Of a DNA stretch of 64,000 nucleotides, positions 13,955 to 25,237 are shown one piece after another. Within the stretch, counting starts at the first letter, position 1. Every line of letters begins with the position of its first letter. The position numbers were made by a program, and so were the translations under genes. This DNA comes from Nemertoderma westbladi (taxonomy: Eukaryota; Animalia; Xenacoelomorpha): the NCBI GenBank assembly GCA_032718475.1, contig JAUCBJ010007554.1, forward strand, positions 62,001-126,000, written 5' to 3'. Below the pieces are notes generated by a model. That model was not told the DNA's origin, did not search any database, and was given only the letters and a program-made list of their open reading frames with translations.

Positions 13955-14197
13955 CGTCATCTTCTGGAAGAATTCATTAGTTCCGCTCTTGGCGATGGTC
14001 CCGAGGTTATTAACCAAGTCGTTCTTGGTCATCCCGATCCCCGTGTCCGTTATGTGAAGCATTCCGTTCTCTTTGTCGGTTTTTATACGGATGCTGAGCT
14101 CCTCGGTCGCCGTTAACGCGTCTTTATCGGTGAGCGATAAGAATCGGATCTTATCGAGAGCGTCGGAGGCGTTACTGATCAACTCCCGGAGGAATAT
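13955..14197 (-). CDS. HSP90B1: Endoplasmin/GRP94 exon ([18 protein letters not shown]...[11 protein letters not shown]...QKMT)
   Basis: Hsp90 ATPase signatures [35 protein letters not shown]; acceptor ttacag|ATA, donor ACG|gtaagt; 243 nt. Confidence 0.97.
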
Positions 14198-14229
14198 CTG
14201 TAAATAATTGGAGCCATTAGAAACCTAAA

Positions 14230-14329
14230 GTAAACCTAATGCGTGCCGGCGTAAACCTAATGCGTGCCGGCGTAAACCTAATGCGTGCCGGCGTAAACCT
14301 AATGCGTGCCGGCGTAAACCTAATGCGTG
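14230..14329. repeat. 21-bp tandem repeat (~5 copies) in a 183-bp HSP90B1 intron
   Basis: GTAAACCTAATGCGTGCCGGC repeated; explains the spurious RRHALGL tail of ORF 14225..14629. Confidence 0.95.
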
Positions 14330-14380
14330 GCAGCGCAAATAATCTGGTATTAACCATTGGAACAAGAACACCCAGCTAAC

Positions 14381-14637
14381 CTCCTTATTTCGGTACAACG
14401 AATTTATAATAAGTTTCATCATTCTATCAACTTCGGCTTGGAACGCGTGTTTCTCAGCTGATTCCCGCATTAGTTTTATCTGGGCGGCGTTCAGTCCGTC
14501 TATCTTTATGGCCTCCTCTTCCCTTCCGACCACCTCGTCGTCGGTTCTCGAACCTTCCGAAGATTTACCGATATCCTCGTCCACCGAGGGGGCCGGAGGG
14601 GGGTCGACTTCATCTTCTTCAGCCGCCAAACCGCAGC
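14381..14637 (-). CDS. HSP90B1: Endoplasmin/GRP94 exon ([10 protein letters not shown]...[22 protein letters not shown]...INSLYRNKE)
   Basis: The [20 protein letters not shown] pre-N segment is diagnostic of the ER paralogue GRP94; [17 protein letters not shown]; acceptor tttcag|GC (phase 1), donor GAG|gttagc. Confidence 0.95.
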
Positions 14638-16056
14638 CTGAAAATAAAAGGTCATGTTTAGTTGGCGATATATTCTACTCTTCCAGGTACATTCACTGTA
14701 GAGTTGTAGGATGTGGCTGTGGCATTAGTGAAACTGAGGTATCTATGATCGTTGATCATTGTATATATATATGAGAAACTTTCCGGTCACCTAACTGTAT
14801 GGTACTAAATCAAACTGGCGACTACCCAAACATTAAATTCATATGAATCTCTAAGCCTAACACCTAAGGCAATACGGGTTAATACAAATGGGTCGTTTTC
14901 CAGTTTTCTCGCATATAAACAATAAACAAATACATACTGATACTGACATGATATTATGATTTTGATAAATGCGCCATCACATATCAGCATAGTGCTGGTA
15001 CCGAACCGAGTGCACCATACACGTACAATATAAAAAATACTAACTTGCAAATAGAAGTGCTCCAAATATTAATAAATATATATTTCTCGTCATTGTTGCC
15101 AGACTGGTAATATAATAAACATGGATGAGTTTAATTTACAAAATATAAATGGGATTAAATAAGTAGTACGTACTGAGCTGACCCCGTTCACCTGAATGCG
15201 GACTGGAGGTAACGGTAGATTAGGCCTAACACTGAAACAAGCATAAAATATGATTATAAAATTACATAAAATTACAATAAAATACAGTACAGTACAGCAG
15301 TACCTACGCAAATGCTACGGTAATAATATGGTCATTTTATGATTTTATTTATTCTATCAAATCAATAGGCTGTCCTGTAGGTAAGATTTATATGTACTGG
15401 CAGCGGCAGCGGCATACCGGTAAGTAATAGGTAGACAAAGACATGCCAAGTTCAGAAGTTCCAAAACAAAATATATATAAATGCTTCAGACAGTTACGCG
15501 TTATTTGTACGCAAAATGGAGAATATGTCATTAAAAAATAATCACATTTAATTCATTTATCTGTTTATTACGGTACCGGTATGTCTTATGAGACTGTACA
15601 GCTGTATGATAGGCCTATTGATATTCAAAAATAGTAATAATTCTTATATAAAACCTGTCTAGGATCAGTTGAATGCAAGAATCTTTTAGACACATTCCAG
15701 CATTCTGATTAAGCTGTCCCCATCTTAGTACAGTCTGACAGTAGTATCGAACCAGGCAGACAGGCCAGGCCCTCCTCGCTCCTCCGATGTCAACTGCAAC
15801 ATGGGCTACCTTAACCCAGTAACCTTACTTCAGTAGGCCTACTTCCTTTAGCTGTTTAGCCGTTAGCGGGTAGCCTACCGTCAGACGTTTATCATACCAC
15901 ATACCGCACCCGAACCGTACCCGTACGTTCATATCGGTACGGTACCGGTCAGCCGGTACCCAAGAAGCCCAACCCACCTGCCACCCCCTGACCCCCACCC
16001 TCTTACTGTCTTATCCATTACTGACAGTGACAGACTGATTGCCTGGCGTTGATTGC

Positions 16057-16132
16057 CTAAAAACAGAAAAACGTAAGAAACAAGTGGAAACAAAAAACAG
16101 AGAGACCATCGACCATGCACAATGCCATCCAT
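16057..16132 (-). CDS. Candidate first coding exon (signal peptide) of HSP90B1
   Basis: MDGIVHGRWSLCFLFPLVSYVFLFL-G ends in phase 1 as required, but needs a non-canonical AG|GCAATC donor; best candidate I could find, unverified. Confidence 0.25.
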
Positions 16133-16493
16133 ATTGGCAGAAAATAGAAATACTGGAACGGGGATTTCAGGATTTGATTGAACATCTTTACTCACTTTAG
16201 GCTAGGCCTAAAGCTTTACTGCACTGAGCACTGTACACTGTCAGACTGTACAACGATGTACATGATGGCAGGATCAAGGACAGAAGGAGGGTATGGCAGT
16301 ATGGTACCGTACTTTACAGCTTTAGTATCAACGCTACCTGCAGACAGGCTTCCTACTTTGTTTGACTGTTTGGCGAAGATTGTAGCAGTCATTCCCAGCT
16401 GAAATATTATATAGGTACCTAAACTCCAATCTTCGAGATTCGGAAGAGCCTAACGGAAACACGTAGAAACCCACTCAATATCAAATACTGTAA

Positions 16494-16555
16494 CCAATAA
16501 GAATGCACCATTTGGCTTTGTTATTGCATAGTAAGATATGTAGCAACGTGATTGG
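16494..16555. promoter_or_regulatory. CCAAT boxes, one in an imperfect ERSE-like arrangement, upstream of HSP90B1
   Basis: CCAAT-N9-CCATT at 16494-16512 (ERSE consensus CCAAT-N9-CCACG) and ACGTGATTGG at 16546-16555. Confidence 0.25.
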
Positions 16556-17204
16556 CTGTACTGCAGTAGGGAGGGTTCATTTAATGGGATTATACTCTAC
16601 TATTGTGAGACATTGAACGAACCCATTGTATTACTTAGAGTACTGTACTCTAAGTACCTGGACGTTCTAATGTATTGACACCTGGCATTTCACACACAGA
16701 TACAGTGATACTGCGCTTCCCAAACCAATCAATGACCGCAATGATAATACAGTAGTAGTTTATTAACAATGTAAAGCATGACGGACACTGTATTAAATGA
16801 CGCAATTTTACAAATGGACATGGGATTTAATTGTTCCATTCCATATGTCAGCGCTTACTACAATATAATGAGGAGTGGAGTGTGGAGTGAGCCATATACA
16901 GTTCTACATGCATGCATTCGTTTGCAATAATGATAAATGGATGAAATGGTCCTAAACATTTTTAATGAATATTTTTAAATAGATCGATAATCTGTTCGAT
17001 TTTATCGATATTTGAACAGATTTCCACAATAATTATCTTGGCAATATTATTTATAGTATAGAGTAAATGAATTACAGTTCTTGACCCACCTGGTTCTTTG
17101 CTGTGAAAAGTTTACCATCCCGGTCAACATATCACATATTGCTTGCAACTGAGTAGAACCCAGGAACCTATAGCGGTAGCATATTACCAATTAGGGTGTC
17201 GTTT

Positions 17205-20081
17205 CAACAGTGAGGGCCGAACCCAGGGCATACAATTGTCCCAACAGTTAGGGCCGAACCCAGGGCTAACAAATGTCCTAACCTAATAGTTATGGCCGAA
17301 TCCAGGGCTAAATATTGTCCCAACAGTTAGGGCCGAACACAGGGCTAACAACTGTTCCAACAATGAGGGCCGAACCCAGGGCTAACAATTGTCCCAACAG
17401 TTAGGGCCGAACACAGGACTAACAACCGTTCCAACAGTCAGAACCGAACCCAGGGCTAACAACTGTCCCAACAGTTAGGGCCGAACCCAGGGCTAACAAT
17501 TGTCCCAACAGTTAGGGCCGAACCCAGGGCTAACAAATGTCCTAATAGTTATGGCCGAATCCAGGGCTAACAATTGTTCCAACAGTTAGGGCCGAACCCA
17601 GGGCTAATAATTAAATTGTCTTAATAGTTATGGCCGAACCCCGGGCTAACAACTGTCCCAACAGTTAGGGCCGAACCCAGGGCTAAAAATTGTCCTAATA
17701 GTTATGGCCGAACCCAGGGCTAACAATTATCCCAACAGTTACGGCCGAACCCAGGGATAAAAATTCTCCCAACAGTTAGGGCCGAACCCAGGAGCTAACA
17801 ATTGTCCTAATAGTTATGGCCAAACCCAGGAGCTAACAATTGTCCTAATAGTTATGGCCGAACAAGGAGCTAACAATTGTCCTATTAGTTAGGGCGGAGC
17901 ACAGGAGCTAACAATTGTCCTAGTAGTTATGGCCGAACCCAGGGCTAACAATTGTCCTAATAGTTATGGCCGAACCCAGGGCTAACAATTATTGTCCTAA
18001 CAGATATGGCCGAACCCAGGGCTAACAATTGTCCTAATAATTATGGCAGAACCCAGGAGCTAACAATTGTCCTAATAGTTATGGCCGAACAAGGAGCTAA
18101 CAATTGTCCTATTAGTTAGGGCGGAGCACAGGAGCTAACAATTGTCCTAGTAGTTATGGCCGAACCCAGGGCTAACAATTGTCCTAATAGTTATGGCAGC
18201 CGAACCCAGGGCTAACAATTGTCCTAATAGTTATGGCCGAACCCAGGGCTAACAATTATTGTCCTAACAGATATGGCCGAACCCAGGGCTAACAATTGTC
18301 CTAATAATTATGGCAGAACCCAGGAGCTAACAATTGTCCTAATAGTTATGGCCGAACAAGGAGCTAACAATTGTCCTATTAGTTAGGGCGGAGCACAGGA
18401 GCTAACAATTGTCCTATTAGTTAGGGCGGAGCACAGGAGCTAACAATTGTCCTAGTAGTTATGGCCGAACCCAGGGCTAACAATTGTCCTAATAGTTATG
18501 GCCGAACCCAGGGCTAACAATTATTGTCCTAACAGATATGGCCGAACCCAGGGCTAACAATTGTCCTAATAATTATGGCAGAACCCAGGAGCTAACAATT
18601 GTCCTAATAGTTATGGCCGAACAAGGAGCTAACAATTGTCCTAATAGTTATGGCCGAACAAGGAGCTAACAATTGTCCTATTAGTTAGGGCGGAGCACAG
18701 GAGCTAACAATTGTCCTAGTAGTTATGGCCGAACCCAGGGCTAACAATTGTCCTAATAGTTATGGCAGCCGAACCCAGGGCTAACAATTGTCCTAATAGT
18801 TATGGCCGAACCCTGGAGCTAACAATTGTCCTATTAGTTATGGCCGAACCCAGGGCCAACAATTGTCCTAATAGTTATGGCCAAACCCAGGAGCTAACAA
18901 TTGTCCTAATAGTTATGGCCGAACAAGGAGCTAACAATTGTCCTATTAGTTAGGGCGGAGCACAGGAGCTAACAATTGTCCTAGTAGTTATGGCCGAACC
19001 CAGGGCTAACAATTGTCCTAATAGTTATGGCAGCCGAACCCAGGGCTAACAATTGTCCTAATAGTTATGGCCGAACCCAGGGCTAACAATTATTGTCCTA
19101 ACAGATATGGCCGAACCCAGGGCTAACAATTGTCCTAATATTGATGGCCGAACCCAGGAGCTAACAATTGTCCTAATAGTTAGGGCCGAACCCAGGAGCT
19201 AACAATTGTCCTAATAGTTATGGCCGAACCCTGGAGCTAACAATTGTCCTATTAGTTATGGCCGAACCCAGGGCCAACAATTGTCCTAATAGTTATGGCC
19301 AAACCCAGGAGCTAACAATTGTCCTAATAGTTATGGCCGAACAAGGAGCTAACAATTGTCCTATTAGTTAGGGCGGAGCACAGGAGCTAACAATTGTCCT
19401 AGTAGTTATGGCCGAACCCAGGAGCTAACAATTATTGTCCTAACAGATATGGCCGAACCCAGGTCTAACAATTGTCCTAATATTGATGGCCGAACCCAGG
19501 AGCTAACAATTGTCCTAATAGTTATGGCCGAACCCAGGGCTAACAATTATCCTAATAAATATGGCAGAACCCAGGGCTAACAATTGTCCTAAGAGTTATG
19601 GCAGAACCCAGGGCTAACAATTGTCCTAAGAGTTATGGCAGAACCCAGGGCTAACAATTGTCCTACCTAATAGTTATGGCCGAACCCGGGAGCTAACAAT
19701 TGTCCTAATAGTTATGGCCGAACCCAGGAGCTAACAATTGACCTAATAGTTAATGCCGAACCCAGGAGCTAACAATTGTCCTAATAGTTATGACGGCCGA
19801 ACCCAGGGCTAACAATTGTCCTAATAGTTATGGCCGAACCCAGGGCTAACAATTGTCCTAGTAATGGCAGAACCCAGGGCTAACAATTGTCCTAAGAGTT
19901 ATGGCAGAACCCAGGGCTAACAATTGTCCTACCTAATAGTTATGGCCGAACCCAGGAGCTAACAATTGTCCTAATAGTTATGGCCGAACCCAGGAGCTAA
20001 CAATTGACCTAATAGTTAATGCCGAACCCAGGAGCTAACAATTGACCTAATAGTTAATGCCGAACCCAGGAGCTAACAATT
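17205..20081. repeat. ~37-38-bp tandem array (~75 copies) between INTS4 and HSP90B1, with higher-order blocks
   Basis: Consensus GTTATGGCCGAACCCAGG(A)GCTAACAATTGTCCTAATA; a variant unit GGGCGGAGCACAGGAG recurs periodically. Confidence 0.97.
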
Positions 20082-20236
20082 TCCCCGGGGTGATCGATCT
20101 GATCGAGCGAGCCGGATATCCAACCGAAAAATAAATTATTTCTATAATAATGATATCTTTCTGTCTGAGTTCGCTCGACCTAGTAGTAGTAGTATAATAA
20201 TTATAAATTCCAATTAAATCGATATTATTTTTCCAA

Positions 20237-22996
20237 CTATTTAATAGGATGGGGTAACAGCAGTATCTTAACAACATCACACAAAGGTACAGTAACCTCA
20301 GTGCCGAGAATATCTGATGTCGAATAGATTAAGTCGAGATCTATAGAGGAGGAGTCGGTCCAACCTGTGGACGAGATATAAATACTTGTAGACAACGACA
20401 GCTCATTGGTTGTTACCATGGATACATGGGATGGATCTATCTGAAAGTATTGAACATTAGTGTTAGGTAAACGAACTCTAATTCGAACATTAGCGATACT
20501 CGAGTTCAAGTTGTATAAACTCGATATAATGTCGAGTTTCAACGCAGTTCCGGCTGCGAACTTACTGACAACTTCGAGATTCTCGGTGGGTTTATGTAGC
20601 CGAGCCGATCTGCGTCGTATCGATCCGCTGAGTTGGAGATCCAACGCGATCGAGTTGTTCGACTCAAATAAACACTTTACGTACTCGCTGAGTAGAACCG
20701 GTTTGTTGCTGTCCAGTTTCGCTGTAACTAAGGCATTTACCAACTTATCAGAGACCGCGGCTTCGCATAATTTTATCTTCACCATATTGAGTGTCTGAAT
20801 AAAAGAGTGACATACTTTCAGTTTCTTCTGATAATCGTCTGACTCCTGTAACGATGACAACAGATGTAAACACTCGACTCTCAGCTTCAAACACATGAGT
20901 TTTGTTGAATCCTCAGCGTTTAGGTTCACGTAGAGATGTTCCAAGGATTCCAGATTGTCGCGGAGTTTCTGTATCGCGGCGAGAGTGGAGGATGAGAAAC
21001 GGGACGCGTCGCTAGAGGCGTGATGCGAGCGGCTCAGTAGGGCGACGCATTCAACGTAAAGTCGTAGATACTCGGCGTGGGAGGCGAGCGACGGGTAGCA
21101 ACGGGAGACGCACTGGAGATCGCGTTGCACCAGGTTCAATAACTCGGGATTCACAGCCGTCGAAGGGAAGCTGTTCAACTGCTTTATTATAGAGTTAACC
21201 GGCTCTACATCGACGTCCTTCGGGGTCGAACTCGGGCCTTCAACATCGCGTAACTCTACATAGTCGAGTGGGGGTACGAGGGTAGGATGTGAGTCCCGGA
21301 GGTAGTGGTAGTGGCGTAGAGCGGTCCCCGGTATCAGCGGGACCATCTGGGGACAGCCGACCGCCGCGTTGAAAATGAGAACGAGGATCGATATGTACTC
21401 GTCGTTGTCGATGTCGGCCTCGTGGGGGTCGAAGAGCGGGTGGAGGTTGAGGAGCTCGGGGACCATGGAGAGACAGACGTAGGGATGGGATGCGCCCACG
21501 GTGCGGAGACACTCCCAGACGGCGGCGCGGTCCGCGGGGTAGCGCTCCAGGTTGCGCAACAGCGCGTGCAGCAGCGCGGTCAGCGCGGGTTTAGAGTTGA
21601 GCGGTACGACGGCCAGGAGACGACGGATTGACCTACGGATCTCCAGGGAGTGGTCGTCCAGTCCGCCCAACAACGTCTCCAACTGGTCCAGCGAGAGTCT
21701 GGCGACGTCGACGAGCTCCTGTAGAGCCTCGATGGTGGCGAGTCGCACCGATTCGATCTCGTCGTTTATCATGTCGATGAGAAAGTCGTGGATCTTCGGC
21801 GCGAACGCGGGATTGGCTGTCGCTAAGCGACGTAGCGAGTCTACCGCGGCTGAGCGGACCTCCAGGTATTCGTCCTCCAGCCCGTGGATGAAGGCGCCGC
21901 AGCCGCCGGCCTCGATGAGAACCGCGCAGTCGGTGACGTCATCGACCGGAAGGTCGTCACCCCATTTCCGTCCGGTGGCCCATCCGACGCGGCTTTCCGT
22001 CTGCCGACCGCGACGCAACCCCGGTAGGAGTTTCTTGTCGAGCGTTTGTTCCAGGAATGTTTGTCCGACGTTGCCTATCCGACCGAGAAGTGCGACAGCG
22101 TCGCGTCGAACGCAGCGGGCCGTGTCGCTAACCGCGACGCAGAGCCGCGCAAAGGCGGCGTCCGCGCAACGCAGTCGCTCCCCGCTGTCCGGGAGAACCA
22201 CGTCGGACTCCGGGAAACTCTTCCCGATGAGGAACACCAGTCGCTGGGCGTTGAGTCGCACCTCGTCGTCGTCGTCCGAGAGACACGGGGTTGCTAGGGG
22301 ATACAGGGACGCGTCCACAACAACCCCGGTCTCTAGGCAACGGTACAACGCAGCCAGAGCGCCGGCTCGTACGCGAGGGTCCACGTTGCTAAGCAACCCT
22401 ATGAGTAGGTCTCTAGGGAGGAGGAGTAAGGAGCCGGAGTGATCCGGGGACCAGGTTGCTAGGATACCGAGGCAATGTATGCGCAGGTTGTAGTCTGGAG
22501 TTGCGTCTAGGTAATCCGATATTATTCGGCAGAGTTTATCTGCGATGGAGGAACCCTCGCTTACGGAGAGATGGGGGAGGCGCCAGAGAGTCTGGATACA
22601 GTGCAATACCTGGGCTGCAACCGAGGGGTGTAGATCTGGGTTCAGTAGGTCGGATAGCTGTTTGTAAGCGGAGAAGGTAAAGGGATTACTGGAGTGGGGT
22701 AAAACAGACGCGAGGGTAAGTAACAGTCGTTCTCTGTCACATCTGTCGCGATGTTTCTGGAATAAGTTAAGAAGAGTTTGCGAATAAGCATTGGCTCTAC
22801 TGCAGTCAGATACTGCCTCTGTTGGTGTCAGCTGTGTTAGAAGTTTAGTTAAACTCGCGCTATCTTCGCATTCTTCCAAAGACGTTATGTAGGCTGTATT
22901 CGGATCAAGGGGATGAGATAGGCGAAGAGATTTCTCTTTTGGTTGAGACGGAGAAAGTTCGGTTATTGATGTTTCTTGAGGTAAATTTCTCTTCAT
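20237..22996 (-). CDS. INTS4: Integrator complex subunit 4 (HEAT/ARM repeat), single-exon CDS, 919 aa
   Basis: Recognised motifs LEQTLDKKL, GRKWGDD, CGAFIHGLEDE..EVR.AAV, FLIDMINDEIESVRL; uninterrupted ORF; acceptor-like tttgtag 12 nt upstream of the ATG. Confidence 0.93.
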   Translation of the reverse strand: MKRNLPQETSITELSPSQPKEKSLRLSHPLDPNTAYITSLEECEDSASLTKLLTQLTPTEAVSDCSRANAYSQTLLNLFQKHRDRCDRERLLLTLASVLPHSSNPFTFSAYKQLSDLLNPDLHPSVAAQVLHCIQTLWRLPHLSVSEGSSIADKLCRIISDYLDATPDYNLRIHCLGILATWSPDHSGSLLLLPRDLLIGLLSNVDPRVRAGALAALYRCLETGVVVDASLYPLATPCLSDDDDEVRLNAQRLVFLIGKSFPESDVVLPDSGERLRCADAAFARLCVAVSDTARCVRRDAVALLGRIGNVGQTFLEQTLDKKLLPGLRRGRQTESRVGWATGRKWGDDLPVDDVTDCAVLIEAGGCGAFIHGLEDEYLEVRSAAVDSLRRLATANPAFAPKIHDFLIDMINDEIESVRLATIEALQELVDVARLSLDQLETLLGGLDDHSLEIRRSIRRLLAVVPLNSKPALTALLHALLRNLERYPADRAAVWECLRTVGASHPYVCLSMVPELLNLHPLFDPHEADIDNDEYISILVLIFNAAVGCPQMVPLIPGTALRHYHYLRDSHPTLVPPLDYVELRDVEGPSSTPKDVDVEPVNSIIKQLNSFPSTAVNPELLNLVQRDLQCVSRCYPSLASHAEYLRLYVECVALLSRSHHASSDASRFSSSTLAAIQKLRDNLESLEHLYVNLNAEDSTKLMCLKLRVECLHLLSSLQESDDYQKKLKVCHSFIQTLNMVKIKLCEAAVSDKLVNALVTAKLDSNKPVLLSEYVKCLFESNNSIALDLQLSGSIRRRSARLHKPTENLEVVSKFAAGTALKLDIISSLYNLNSSIANVRIRVRLPNTNVQYFQIDPSHVSMVTTNELSLSTSIYISSTGWTDSSSIDLDLIYSTSDILGTEVTVPLCDVVKILLLPHPIK

Positions 22997-23271
22997 CTTT
23001 ATTTACTCCTACAAATGAGGAAATGGTAAATGAGTCATAATGAGTGTAAGTAGGCGGTAGCCGGTAGGTAATGGATCAAATACAACTCAAAAAAAACTCG
23101 ACAGCTACCAAGTACCGTCTGACCGTACCAAACCAACTGCCAGACGGCCAATGCCAAACACTAATATAATAAAAGTAAATTTACACCAAGGCGTACTAGA
23201 AGACAGGCCGTGCAGCCGACTGCTAGGCCCTAAAACTTATGCTGTTATGGGCCGACTTTTTTAAACAGGGC

Positions 23272-23323
23272 ACTGCTACCAAGGCCATCTAAACAACGTT
23301 GTTTAGATGGCCTTGACTGCTAC
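23272..23323. mobile_element. Probable P-element excision footprint: 36-bp perfect palindrome flanked by an 8-bp direct repeat
   Basis: ACTGCTAC|CAAGGCCATCTAAACAAC GTTGTTTAGATGGCCTTG|ACTGCTAC; CAAGG terminus as in the P element at 31246. Confidence 0.8.
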
Positions 23324-25237
23324 ACAGTGTAAAGGAATATAGATTACTCATAATGGCCATTCGTTCACACTCACTATATATTATACTATTTGGGATAATC
23401 GATGATGGAGAATCTGTTTCTGGCAGTAATTTTTTGATCCAAAAATAATATCTATCCAATAAGGCCAACTATACATAGGACAATAACAAAGTTCTGTAGT
23501 TTGGTGGGGGCATTGATTTGTTGTGTTAATTACGTCGTTTTTAAGGGGAAAATACATTGTGAGGGCTTATAATTTCCAGTATATACATGTAGTTTAAGGG
23601 GGGTTAACTGATTGCAAAAAAATCGATTTTCCATTTCCAATCCCACCTGGTGCAGATTTATATGAGGATTTCAAAATTTCAAACCGTTTGTTAATAGCTA
23701 ATGTACAGTAGTTCAAAAGTTATGAGCGATAATGTTAACCTTACTCTGCTTGCTCTGTGTAGTGTCTGTGAAAAGTGTCTATCTGGGATTGCGTTTCGAC
23801 GGTTTATCTGTCAAAATTTATTACAAATGTCAGTTATCACTTTTAACGAAAACTATTATGTCTTTATGTCTGTATGACCGTCCGTCCAACGATCTGTCTG
23901 TCAAAATATAAAAACATAATACCACCCAGCTAATACTTTTTGTTGTGGTTTTCCTGGTCGCTGATTTCATATCCCACGTCAGTTTTCATATTTAGCTAAG
24001 TCGATTATGTCTGTCTGTCAAAATATGATAAAAGCATTCCACCTATCTAAAAGTTTTGTTATGGGCGTTATTCTTAGCGATTATTTCATTTCCGACGCCA
24101 GTTTCCCAACAGTTTTCTAGTTCAGAATATGACCAGTTCCTAAATAAGATGGATTTTTTTAAATTTACCTTATTTAAGACATCGAAATTGTACACATAAA
24201 TACTAAAAGTCCCTAAATAAGAACTTTTTGACCTGGCTGCCTGTGTTTCTTATTTATGAATACAATTTCATTACAAAATCGGCACGCACTCCTTAAATAA
24301 ATTAAATATTCCTTATTCCTTACAGTGTTACAGTCAGACAGTAGGTGTTACACTTCTTTCATAATTCTTTTTTTTATTTCAGTCTGTTTCTGTAAATTGC
24401 TACTGTAATTGTTGGGTTAAGGACAATGGTTGCACTGTACTCTATAAATCATCTAAAGAATATCGTATCATAATGAAGTTGCTATATAGCACTGGCATTC
24501 TTACCTCATAGGGTAGTAGCTCTGGTACCGGTATGGAAGGTTCGAAGGTATGCGATATATTCAAAGGAATAACCCATCGCCCATCTGATGTCTGAGCGAC
24601 AGACATTGTCACGTATTTCGACGTGACTTGAGTAAATGGGCATCGCCACACAGTTTCGAAAAACTAACTTGTGTCCTGCAATTCCTCTTCTGCTCCGCGT
24701 TACGCCCCACTTAGATCAGTAGATGGATTGTCCACAATGTTGTACTGGAAATGTGTGAAAAAACAATATGTTTTTACATCGTAAGTCCACCTGTACTCAA
24801 ATGCTAGAATGTGTTACTGATTGGTTCAATTTAATTGATAAACGAAAGAACCTGGACATTATATATATAGACTTTGCAAAAGCCTTTGATTCGGTAGTTC
24901 ACTCTAAATTACTATCAAAGCTCACTTGCTACGGTGTATGCGGAGATCTGTTTCTATGGATACGTGGATTTCTATGTAATAGAACTCAAAATGTACTTGT
25001 AGGTACCGAATCATCGGACTACTGTGTAGTTACATCGGGAACTATTCAAGGCAGTGTCTTGGGGCCAGTATTGTTTCTTTTATTTATTAATGATTTACCT
25101 GATGCATTGTTACCTGTATGTAATAAACTATTTGCTGATGACCTTAAGCTTTATGCACCGAAGGAAGATTGTGATTCTCTAGCCTCAGCCCTTCAAAACT
25201 TGGAAGACTGGACTATAAAATGGCAACTAACAGTAGC

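Noticed and set aside
16631-16655. Palindrome TACTTAGAGTAC-T-GTACTCTAAGTA
   Set aside because: No flanking 7-8-bp duplication, so it cannot be called a footprint like the one at 23280.
1-20081. CRISPR-like appearance of the regular arrays
   Set aside because: Units are head-to-tail with no unique spacers, no cas genes, and the context is eukaryotic introns.
21552-22442. 296-aa plus-strand ORF
   Set aside because: Antisense shadow of the GC-rich INTS4 core.
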